Positions 45,566 through 53,338 of a stretch of 64,000 nt of DNA are shown piece after piece. The position numbers were made by a program, and so were the translations under genes. This DNA comes from Phycisphaerales bacterium (GTDB taxonomy: Bacteria; Planctomycetota; Phycisphaerae; Phycisphaerales; SM1A02): NCBI GenBank assembly GCA_009691805.1, contig SIAK01000002.1, positions 17,627-81,626 of the forward strand, in the 5' to 3' direction. The notes beneath the pieces are model-generated. The model searched no databases, had not been told where the DNA came from, and saw nothing but the letters and a program-made list of their open reading frames with translations. Positions within the stretch are counted from its first letter, which is position 1. Each line of letters starts with the position of its first letter.

Positions 45566-45943
45566 GAAAAAACACTCAAGCAAGCCGGCGGCTGCATGGC
45601 GATCGCGAAAGGCGTTTCGCTTGCAGCAACTTCGCTGCTTGTGATGACTGGATTTCTGCTCTTCGTCCCCATCTTGAAATCGAAACTACTGGATTGGGAT
45701 GTGGAACTTCCAGCGCTGAGCGTGTTCGTCATTGAGCATCCGTTCGTCACATCGCTCTCCGCGCTGCCGCCACTCGCGTGCGGCATCTGGATGATCGCCA
45801 CGCGCAAACGAACGGTGCTCATCGGCTGCCTCGGCACGGTGCTTCTGCTCGTTCCCGCTGGTCTCTTTTTCGCCGCCGTGGGCATGCCCATCATCGCGGT
45901 CTACCAGAACGCGCTTGAAGATCCGCTCGGTCGCAACCGCTAA
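45551..45943 (+). CDS. small membrane protein (3-4 TM), function unknown
   Basis: Hydrophobic helices are present (VSLAATSLLVMTGFLLFVPIL; ALPPLACGIWMIA; VLIGCLGTVLLLVPAGLFFAAVGMPIIAV). The start lies inside the 13-bp repeat array (ATG 45551 or 45560). I recognise no family. Confidence 0.5.
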   Translation: MTRMDEKTLKQAGGCMAIAKGVSLAATSLLVMTGFLLFVPILKSKLLDWDVELPALSVFVIEHPFVTSLSALPPLACGIWMIATRKRTVLIGCLGTVLLLVPAGLFFAAVGMPIIAVYQNALEDPLGRNR

Positions 45944-47079
45944 TCGCGCAGATTCGCAATCCATTCCAAGGCAATGTTCGACTGCTCGCGTACGAGTTTG
46001 TCTTCTTGTGTGTCGTTCGCGAGCGCATGCAGACGAGCTTCGATCATCGCGCGTGAAGTTGGGTAACGCGCCGCGTGTTCGGCGAGCAGGACGACTGCGT
46101 TGCGCTTCATCATCGCGAGTGTTGCACGCTTGAGCGCGCTCGACATCACCACTCGAGCGCGATCCGATTCCGTCCAACCAAGCATTTCAAGAAGCGGCAG
46201 TTCGCTCAATCGCTCGGCGTAACGCGCCGCGACGCTACTCATGCGCGCTTCGGTCGAACGCCGCTTTTTTGGCTGACAATGCGGGCAGACCGTCTGACAG
46301 TCGTCGCATCCAAAGAGCCATCCGCGCATCGATCCGATGAACTCCGCGCCGATCGTCCCCCGCTGTTCGATCGTCAGATACGAAATGCATTTACTCGCGT
46401 CGACCGAAAACGGTGTGATCGCTCCTGTCGAACATGCGTCGATGCAACGCGTGCACGTTCCACAAGGATCGACGCGATTCCATGCAGGAGGTCGCGCGCT
46501 TGGCGCAATGACAAGCGATGTGTGCAGTTCGCCAAGCACGAACCAAGATCCTTCACCAGGCACGAGCAAGAGCGAGTTCTTTCCGATCTGTCCGTTGTAT
46601 GCCGCCGCGTGCACTTCGCGTTCCATCAACGGTTGAATGTCACCGGTCAATCGAAACTGCGCGTCGGGAAATCGCAGTTGCATCGCGTGCCGCAACTTGT
46701 GCGTGCGATCGCGCACGAGATTGTGATAGTCCTTCGAACGCGCATACCGCGCGATGCGACCTTGTGCGTCGGAGGGATCTGGTGAAGGCTGCTCGCGATC
46801 GCGCGCACCATCGTGATAGCGATCCGCAAGACAAATGATGCTCGCAACAGTTGGAAGCAATCGGCGTGGATCGCAACGATCGGCAACCGTGTCGGCAATC
46901 CAGGACATGTCGCCGTGTTTTCCTGCGGCAATCCACGCGTGTAACTCAGTTTCACGCTCGCTTGCTTCTGGCTTCGCAACTCCGACAAGTGCGAATCCAA
47001 GGTTGTGCGCGAGCTCGACAACCCAGTCATGCAGCGCGCTCGGATCGTCCGCGATGAACAAGCTCTCGCGCGACATCAT
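45940..47079 (-). CDS. queG: epoxyqueuosine reductase
   Basis: CGTCTRCIDACSTGAITPFSVDASKCISYLTIEQRGTIGAEFIGSMRGWLFGCDDCQTVCPH (two 4Fe-4S motifs and the QueG signature) plus C-terminal HEAT-like repeats. The start ATG at 47079 overlaps the hpnE stop. The 104 upstream codons of ORF 45940..47391 were discarded. Confidence 0.85.
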   Translation of the reverse strand: MMSRESLFIADDPSALHDWVVELAHNLGFALVGVAKPEASERETELHAWIAAGKHGDMSWIADTVADRCDPRRLLPTVASIICLADRYHDGARDREQPSPDPSDAQGRIARYARSKDYHNLVRDRTHKLRHAMQLRFPDAQFRLTGDIQPLMEREVHAAAYNGQIGKNSLLLVPGEGSWFVLGELHTSLVIAPSARPPAWNRVDPCGTCTRCIDACSTGAITPFSVDASKCISYLTIEQRGTIGAEFIGSMRGWLFGCDDCQTVCPHCQPKKRRSTEARMSSVAARYAERLSELPLLEMLGWTESDRARVVMSSALKRATLAMMKRNAVVLLAEHAARYPTSRAMIEARLHALANDTQEDKLVREQSNIALEWIANLRD

Positions 47080-48491
47080 TGCCTCCGCAATCCACAAAGG
47101 CGCGAAAGCAACGCAATCGGAAGATCTTCCACAACGCCGCCCTGCTGCGTGATCGCTCGCGCAGCGGCGTACCCACTGCGCACAGCACCTTCCATCGTGG
47201 CGGGCCAACCGGTGTCCGTCCAATCTCCCGCGATCGCGAGATTCGCAACGCCGCCTTGGAGATCGCCCGCATGCGGAGACGCGCGCGGACGCAATGCATC
47301 CACGTTCGGTGTCGATCGAAATGTTGCGTGCTTCTCTTTCACGCTGCGCGCCTCGATCGGTTCGACACCTCGCGCTGCGGGAAGTGCCCAACGCACATCT
47401 TCTAACACGCGCGCGACGATCGTGGCTTCGTCAAGCTCCATCCACGCATCTGCTGCGGAGATGACCGCGTGCACAAGTTGTCCGCCCGCAGTCGCGCCAC
47501 TTGGCTTCGAAAACAGCCATTGCGTCGCTCGACCCGGAAGCACCACATGCGAAAGCTCCATCACCACGCGCGGGAAGAAGAGATGCACGCCAAGAATCGG
47601 ACTCCATGCGAACTTGTCGAGCTGCTGCAGCCGTTGGTCCTTGCTTCGAAGTGTGCTTGAAACAAGCTTTTCCAATCGATCGGGTGGCACAGCCGCAATC
47701 ACCGCGTGCGCTTCGATGAATCCTGCGTCGGTGACCACACCCGTTGCGCGAGTCCCATCAAACGTGATCGCCTTCGCGCTTTCGCCGACACGAATCTCGC
47801 CACCCGCGCGCGCGATCAACGCTTGCGCGCCATCGTAAAGTTCGCGCAAAGGAACACTCGGCACACCCATCGCGCCCGCCCACGCACTCGCGAGAAATCC
47901 TTCTTGAAACACCTGCATTGCATGCGCTGCGTTGCACTCTGCGAGCGAAGCGTTGCACGCGCTCACCACGATGGGTTCCCAGAAAACCTTGCGCGCGTGC
48001 GCGCTCTGCTGCGTCCAATCCAGAAACACCTCGAAGGCACGATCGTGCCATCGCATGCGTCCACTACATCCAGCGCGCAGCATGCTCCACATCGCAAACC
48101 CGATGTGATGTTTCTCGCTCCACGAAAGCATGCGCAATCGCGCGAAGGCAATCGCGGAGTGCAATGGCGCAGGAAGAAATCGCGCGGTCGACAGCGTGTC
48201 GAACTTTCCGTCGCCTCGCGCCCAGTTCGTTTGCGTGTGCCAATCAATGGCGTCCAGCACGCCGAGCCGCTCGTAGAAGTCGCAGAGATTCGTGCAACAA
48301 CCCATCACGACATGCTGACAATTGTCGAGCGTGCGCCCTGAGCGCGGATCGACAAAACTCGTCGCGCGTCCGCCAAGTTTTCCGCGAGATTCGAGGATGA
48401 TCGGACGCCAGCCTGCTTCCGCAAGACGAAGCGCTGCCGCGATTCCAGCGATGCCTCCGCCGACAATCACCGCGTGACGAGGAGGCGTCAT
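47076..48491 (-). CDS. hpnE: FAD-dependent hydroxysqualene dehydroxylase (amine-oxidase family)
   Basis: AVIVGGGIAGIAAALRLAEAGWRPIILESRGKLGGRA (FAD GxGxxG)...DNCQHVVMGCCTN...FY. A C-terminal FAD segment is LAIAGDW. It is third in a squalene-synthase-like, squalene-synthase-like, oxidase operon. Confidence 0.72.
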   Translation of the reverse strand: MTPPRHAVIVGGGIAGIAAALRLAEAGWRPIILESRGKLGGRATSFVDPRSGRTLDNCQHVVMGCCTNLCDFYERLGVLDAIDWHTQTNWARGDGKFDTLSTARFLPAPLHSAIAFARLRMLSWSEKHHIGFAMWSMLRAGCSGRMRWHDRAFEVFLDWTQQSAHARKVFWEPIVVSACNASLAECNAAHAMQVFQEGFLASAWAGAMGVPSVPLRELYDGAQALIARAGGEIRVGESAKAITFDGTRATGVVTDAGFIEAHAVIAAVPPDRLEKLVSSTLRSKDQRLQQLDKFAWSPILGVHLFFPRVVMELSHVVLPGRATQWLFSKPSGATAGGQLVHAVISAADAWMELDEATIVARVLEDVRWALPAARGVEPIEARSVKEKHATFRSTPNVDALRPRASPHAGDLQGGVANLAIAGDWTDTGWPATMEGAVRSGYAAARAITQQGGVVEDLPIALLSRLCGLRRQ

Positions 48492-49426
48492 CGAAGCATG
48501 CCTAGTTTCGCGCGCACGGTGATCGATGCAGCGATCCATGCTTTGCGCCAGATTGGAAGTGCGACCCGTTGCGAAGACAACACGCGCGCGGGATGCTCTG
48601 CGATTCGCTCAAGGAGCTCCCGATAGATTCGCGTCATCGCATAGAGCGTTGGTCGGCAGGCCGGCGCCACGAGCGATTCAAGCTTCGCGCTCTTCGCAAA
48701 GCAATCACGCGCCATCACAATCTCGCGCGCGATGCACTGCTCACATGCTGCGCGGTTGGAAGGAAGTAAAAAATTCTCCCTCGTCAATCCAAACGACTGC
48801 AACGTTTGCGTCGAAAAATAACAGCGACCTTTCGCCGCGTCCTCCTGCAAGTCACGAATCATGTTCGTGCGTTGAAATGCGATGCCGCGAAGCGTGGCTA
48901 GTCGCATCGCTTCGTCCAACGATGCGGTCTCGATGACGCCCCAAATGCCAACACAAATTCGACCGACGGTGGAAGCGACGCGATCACAGTACTCATCCAC
49001 TGCGGTTTCATCGACCAAGACATACGCGACGAGATCCGCGCGCTGACCATCAATCGCGCCCAAGAAATCTTCAATGCGCACGGAAAACCTGCGCGCAACA
49101 TCGCTCAACGCACGCAGGATCGCGGCGCGCTCTCCCTCGGAGCTGACGCTCGGCTGCTGCGCGAACGCCGCGCGAGTCTCAAGTTCGAGCGCATCAAGCG
49201 CAATGCCTTGCGCAGCTGCATCGAACACGGTTCCATCGACGAGGTCATCCGCAACGCGCATCCACGCGTAGACAACGGTGATCGCAGCGCGCTCGTCGCG
49301 AGGCAACAACTTGATGCCGTACCAAAAATTGCGCGCCTCGCGCTTCGTGATTGCGGCGCAGATTTCGTACGCCTCCTGCAACGCGTGTGTCTCCGTCGGA
49401 TTGCGTGCGGTCGCGAGCGCGCTCAC
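48488..49426 (-). CDS. hpnD: presqualene diphosphate synthase (squalene/phytoene synthase family)
   Basis: ITKREARNFWYGIKLLPRDERAAITVVYAWMRVADDLVDG (first Asp-rich motif)...IRDLQEDAAKGRCY (second Asp-rich motif). A GTG start at 49426 overlaps the hpnC stop (GTGA). The assignment as hpnD rather than hpnC rests on gene order and the NF.YG motif. Confidence 0.68.
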   Translation of the reverse strand: MSALATARNPTETHALQEAYEICAAITKREARNFWYGIKLLPRDERAAITVVYAWMRVADDLVDGTVFDAAAQGIALDALELETRAAFAQQPSVSSEGERAAILRALSDVARRFSVRIEDFLGAIDGQRADLVAYVLVDETAVDEYCDRVASTVGRICVGIWGVIETASLDEAMRLATLRGIAFQRTNMIRDLQEDAAKGRCYFSTQTLQSFGLTRENFLLPSNRAACEQCIAREIVMARDCFAKSAKLESLVAPACRPTLYAMTRIYRELLERIAEHPARVLSSQRVALPIWRKAWIAASITVRAKLGMLR

Positions 49427-50400
49427 GCTGTGCCTCCACGCAGTCGCATCGCGTGCGCGCGAGCGACGAGCCAGAGCTTGCCCACCGCGAGCATCTTCGG
49501 TCGATGCAACACAGTTTCGTAATTCCAAAGTTCAATCAATCGCAACGTGCGCGATCCGCCTGCCGCAAACAACCACAACAGCGGACTCGACTCACTTCGC
49601 ACACAGGAAAAGAGCGATTCCCCCTGCTCATACAGCGGCCATGTGCGGTCGACAAGGACGCGCAGCAGCTGCCGCGACTCTTCAAAGAACTCCCCGTCGC
49701 ACGCGAACCCTTGATCGATCGTCGCGCGAAATCGAAACTCAAAGTCCTTGATGCTCAACTGCGCGTCTGAGATCTCCTGCGGAATGTAGATGCGATCTCG
49801 CATCGCAAGATCTCGCCGAACGTCCTGCCAATGATTGGTGAGTTGCAACGCCGTGCAAAGCGCGTCGCTTGCTGCGAGTTGTTGTGCAGTGCATGGTTCA
49901 CCCAGCAGTTTGAGCACGATGCGACCAACAGGATTCGCACTAAGCGCGCAGTATCCAAGAAGTTCATCCCACGTTGCGTACCGCGACTTCGACTGATCGA
50001 GTTCGAACGCCGACATCAGATCCACGAAAGGCTGCTCGTCAAGGTTGAGCCGCTGCGCTGCGTCCGCGAGCGCAATGAACACAGGGTGCACATTGCGCGC
50101 GCCGAGCGTGAACGCGTTGAGCAGTCCAGCGCGCCACCATGCGAGATGCGCGAGCGATTCTTCGCGCGATGCAAACTCATCTCCAAGGTCATCCGCCCAG
50201 CGACAGAATGCGTACACCGTTGCGAAGTCATCGCGGCAACGTCGAGGCACCAGTGCCGAAAGCACACTGAAATTCTCGGCATGCGCGCGGGTGAAGGTGC
50301 GGCAATAAGCGCGTGACTCCGCAAGCGATGGCGGAGTCGCATGCGATGCGCTCGGACCAAGTCTCGCCATGTCTTGAACAACCACACTGCCATGCGCCAT
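49423..50400 (-). CDS. hpnC: hydroxysqualene synthase (squalene/phytoene synthase family)
   Basis: AHAENFSVLSALVPRRCRDDFATVYAFCRWADDLGDE (the ENF.V motif typical of HpnC, then an Asp-rich motif)...WQDVRRDLAMRDRIYIP. The start is at ATG 50400 or 50370. Confidence 0.68.
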   Translation of the reverse strand: MAHGSVVVQDMARLGPSASHATPPSLAESRAYCRTFTRAHAENFSVLSALVPRRCRDDFATVYAFCRWADDLGDEFASREESLAHLAWWRAGLLNAFTLGARNVHPVFIALADAAQRLNLDEQPFVDLMSAFELDQSKSRYATWDELLGYCALSANPVGRIVLKLLGEPCTAQQLAASDALCTALQLTNHWQDVRRDLAMRDRIYIPQEISDAQLSIKDFEFRFRATIDQGFACDGEFFEESRQLLRVLVDRTWPLYEQGESLFSCVRSESSPLLWLFAAGGSRTLRLIELWNYETVLHRPKMLAVGKLWLVARAHAMRLRGGTA

Positions 50401-50542
50401 AAGCGAGGCAGCGTACCCCTCTGCGCGTTCTCGGGTGCATGAGCCACCGCGTTGCGAAGCGCGTGCATCCAGAATCCTCTGCTCATTGCAAAATCCAAGG
50501 CGCGAAGGCGCAACACGTCCCCTATGATGACGCACCCCCCCG

Positions 50543-51601
50543 ATGAAGATCTTGCTCGCTAATCCTCGCGGTTTCTGCGCAGGCGTCTATATGGCGATCA
50601 ACGTCGTAGACGAACTGCTCACGAGCTGCCCTGGTGAACCGATCTTCGTCTATCACGAGATCGTGCATAACCACCATGTCGTCGAGCGATTCCGCGATCG
50701 AGGTGTGCAGTTCATCGAAGACATCGACCATGTTCCTGAAGGCGCGATCGTCGTGTTTTCCGCGCATGGCGTAAGTCCCGCCGTGCGTGCGCAAGCGCGC
50801 GAACGCAAACTAATCTCGATCGACGCCACCTGCCCACTCGTCACCAAAGTGCATGCCGAGGCGATTCGATTCGCCAAGCGAGGCTGGCAAATCTTGCTTG
50901 TCGGTCATCGAAATCATCAAGAAGTTGTCGGCACGCGCGGCGAAGCACCTGACTCGATTCAAGTGGTGGAGAGCCCCGCAGATATTCCGAAACTCATCAT
51001 CGCGGATCCATCGAAGCTCATCTATCTCACGCAAACGACGCTCTCGATTGACGATGCAGCGATTGTCATTGGCGCGCTCAAACAAGCGTTCCCATTGATT
51101 CACGAACCGCCGTCAAGCGACATCTGCTACGCAACGACGAATCGACAAACTGCCGTGCGCGCCATCGCGCCGCAAGCACAACTCGTCCTTGTGGTCGGAA
51201 GCAAGAACAGTTCGAACTCCGTGCGCCTCAAGGAGATCGCGGAGGCTGACGGCACTCCCGCGAAACTCATTGATGACGCGCGCGAGTTACAAGCGTCGTG
51301 GTTTTCGGGAGTCGAAGTGTTGCTCCTCACTGCGGGTGCTTCTGCGCCGGAAGATCTTGTACACGGCGTCATCGACGCGCTCATTGCGCAGCACGGCGGC
51401 GAAGTAGAACAAGTCGATGTCTTCGACGAACGGGTAGAGTTTGGACTTCCCGGCTCACTGCGCACACTTCTACGCACGCGCGGCATCGATCCAGACGGTC
51501 GACGCATCTCGCTTGATCGCGAACGCGACACCGCCGCATTTCTCGCATCGCGCAACATTCCGCATCACACTGTTGCACTCACCATTGGTCAGACGAAGTA
51601 A
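50543..51601 (+). CDS. ispH: 4-hydroxy-3-methylbut-2-enyl diphosphate reductase
   Basis: MKILLANPRGFCAGVYMAI......L.......IFVYHEIVHN......F...GV.F.........G..VVFSAHGVSP...IDATCPLVTKVH...GH..H.EV.G........SNS.RL are IspH/LytB signatures, including the three Cys ligands. Confidence 0.92.
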   Translation: MKILLANPRGFCAGVYMAINVVDELLTSCPGEPIFVYHEIVHNHHVVERFRDRGVQFIEDIDHVPEGAIVVFSAHGVSPAVRAQARERKLISIDATCPLVTKVHAEAIRFAKRGWQILLVGHRNHQEVVGTRGEAPDSIQVVESPADIPKLIIADPSKLIYLTQTTLSIDDAAIVIGALKQAFPLIHEPPSSDICYATTNRQTAVRAIAPQAQLVLVVGSKNSSNSVRLKEIAEADGTPAKLIDDARELQASWFSGVEVLLLTAGASAPEDLVHGVIDALIAQHGGEVEQVDVFDERVEFGLPGSLRTLLRTRGIDPDGRRISLDRERDTAAFLASRNIPHHTVALTIGQTK

Positions 51602-51641
51602 CGCGTCCGCTGCTCGTCCATCCACTCCCTCTGTACTTCCT

Positions 51642-52742
51642 ATGGCCACTGCCCTCGAATCTATCTTTGACTTCAATCCTGTCACCCTCGAACAGCGATT
51701 CGAAGCGCTCGGGCTTCCGAAATTCGCAGCGCCGCAAGTGCTCGATTGGGTCTACACCAAAGGCGTCACTGACTTTGATGCGATGACGAATCTGTCGAAG
51801 CTCGCGCGCGCGAAGCTCGTGGAGACTTTCACTGTCCTGCAAGGCGAAGTGATTCGCCATCAACTCGCGTCGGATGGAACACAGAAACTTCTCCTTGGCT
51901 GGCGCAGCGCGGAAGAACGCGCGGAAATCGCGAAGGGCGATATTCGGCTGGCGGGCGGCGACCCCTCCAAGCAGACGGAAACAGTGATGATTCCGACGGA
52001 GGACCGCAAGACCGCGTGCGTGTCGAGCCAAGTCGGTTGCCCTGTCGGCTGCGCGTTCTGCGCGAGCGGCATCGGAGGACTCGACGGCAATCTCACAGCT
52101 GGACAAATCGTCGAACAAGTGTGGCGACTCGCGCGGCTCGAAGGCGTCGATCGCATTTCGAATGTTGTCTTCATGGGCATGGGCGAACCACTCGCCAATT
52201 TCGCCGCGGTGACCGAAGCAATTCGAACGATCAATGCGCCCTGGGGCATGGGGGTTGGCGCGCGCAAGATCACCGTCTCCACCGTCGGGCTTCCCGCGGC
52301 AATTCGCAAGCTCTGCACGTTTGAGATCCCGATCACGCTCGCGCTCTCACTCCACGCGCCCAACGATGAGCTCCGTCGCAAGATCATCCCTTGGGCGGAG
52401 TACGCAACAATCAAGGAGCTCCTTGAAGCGTGCGATGAATGGTTCCGAAAGACGGGTCGCGAAATCACACTCGAGTACATCTTGCTCGGAGGATTCAACG
52501 ATCGACGCGATCACGCAATCGAACTCGCCGCACTCGCCAACTCACTGCGCGCGAATGTCAATCTCATTCGCTACAACGAAGTGAAGGGCATGCCCTTCAA
52601 TCGTCCCGAAGACGGCATCGTGCAAAGATTCCAAGAACTCCTACGCGAACTCGGCGTGAACGCACACATCCGCGCAAGCCGAGGTCGCGACATCGCGGCA
52701 GCCTGTGGTCAACTGCGGCATGAGAGCAAAGCGAGAAGTTAA
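51642..52742 (+). CDS. rlmN: 23S rRNA (adenine2503-C2)-methyltransferase, radical SAM
   Basis: G.PKFAAPQVLDWVY.KGV.DFD.MTNLSK..R..L...., radical-SAM CVSSQVGCPVGCAFCASG, GMGEPLAN, TVSTVG, LALSLHAPNDELR..I.P, and the C-terminal catalytic DIAAACGQL. The start was trimmed to the ATG at 51642. Confidence 0.9.
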   Translation: MATALESIFDFNPVTLEQRFEALGLPKFAAPQVLDWVYTKGVTDFDAMTNLSKLARAKLVETFTVLQGEVIRHQLASDGTQKLLLGWRSAEERAEIAKGDIRLAGGDPSKQTETVMIPTEDRKTACVSSQVGCPVGCAFCASGIGGLDGNLTAGQIVEQVWRLARLEGVDRISNVVFMGMGEPLANFAAVTEAIRTINAPWGMGVGARKITVSTVGLPAAIRKLCTFEIPITLALSLHAPNDELRRKIIPWAEYATIKELLEACDEWFRKTGREITLEYILLGGFNDRRDHAIELAALANSLRANVNLIRYNEVKGMPFNRPEDGIVQRFQELLRELGVNAHIRASRGRDIAAACGQLRHESKARS

Positions 52743-52851
52743 GCGCGTAGTTCAGCGCAATCGACTCAACCGTCGCGAGTGAATCGCGAACGGTTGAATT
52801 CGTGCGTGCACTTCAGTCTTTTTGTCCCCTCACCGACTCCGTCGGTGTTTT
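52738..52851 (+). repeat. dispersed intergenic element, copy B (ends in a terminator-like hairpin plus TTTT)
   Basis: AGTTAAGCGCGTAGTTCAGCGCAATCGACTCAACCGTCGCGAGTGAATCGCGAACGGTTGAATTCGTGCGTGCACTTCAGTCTTTTTGTCCCCTCACCGACTCCGTCGGTGTTTT matches copy A at 40372... It starts at the last codon and TAA of rlmN. The hairpins are at 52766-52797 and 52831-52847, the latter followed by T4. Confidence 0.8.
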
Positions 52852-52968
52852 AGCGCTCGCGCGGAAGACCGGCGGCGGCGAGTTCCCCATTGGTAATCGG
52901 GTACTATCGAGCCAACAGAATCGAAACAAAGTCGGGCTCTACAACTCCGATCAACACGGGGGCATAAG

Positions 52969-53318
52969 GTGCATCCAACACCATTCGCAAACGAGCAGCA
53001 ACGACAATCGGGCATTGGCATCGCTTCGTTCGCTCTCAGTCTCTTCTCGGGAGGCTCGTTGCTCCTTGTCTTCGTTATCGCAGGAATACTCGAAGAGTCT
53101 TCACCTGGCGGGATGGACGAAGATTCACTGGCTGCGAGCACTCTTGGTTGTTTTTTCTTGCGCTGCTTTTCCTCTCGGTTCTTGCGTTCGGGATGGGGGT
53201 TGGTGGTTGTTTCATCCAGAGTCGGAAGAAAACACTCTCGATCATTGGAGCGACAATCTCCGCCGGAACAATTTTTGTCTCGATACTTCTCGTGATTCTC
53301 GGCCTCGCGATCGGATGA
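52969..53318 (+). pseudogene. small polytopic membrane protein apparently split by a frameshift at a T6 run (alternatively a homopolymer sequencing error)
   Basis: Frame 1 (GTG 52969) gives VHPTPFANEQQRQSGIGIASFALSLFSGGSLLLVFVIAGILEESSPGGMDEDSLAASTLG, then becomes non-hydrophobic. After the T run 53151-53156, frame 3 gives FFLALLFLSVLAFGMGVGGCFIQSRKKTLSIIGATISAGTIFVSILLVILGLAIG*. One extra T would join them into a single ~116-aa ORF. Confidence 0.45.
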
Positions 53319-53338
53319 TCGAATGGAGGCGGGTGGAG

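Noticed and set aside
47080-47391. N-terminal extensions of listed ORFs: 104 extra codons on queG, 95 on tal, 88 on anmK, 67 on rlmN and 53 on pulA.
   Set aside because: The extensions overlap neighbouring genes or are Arg-rich and non-homologous. Internal ATGs line up with the conserved N-termini of the families and often form 4-bp stop/start overlaps.
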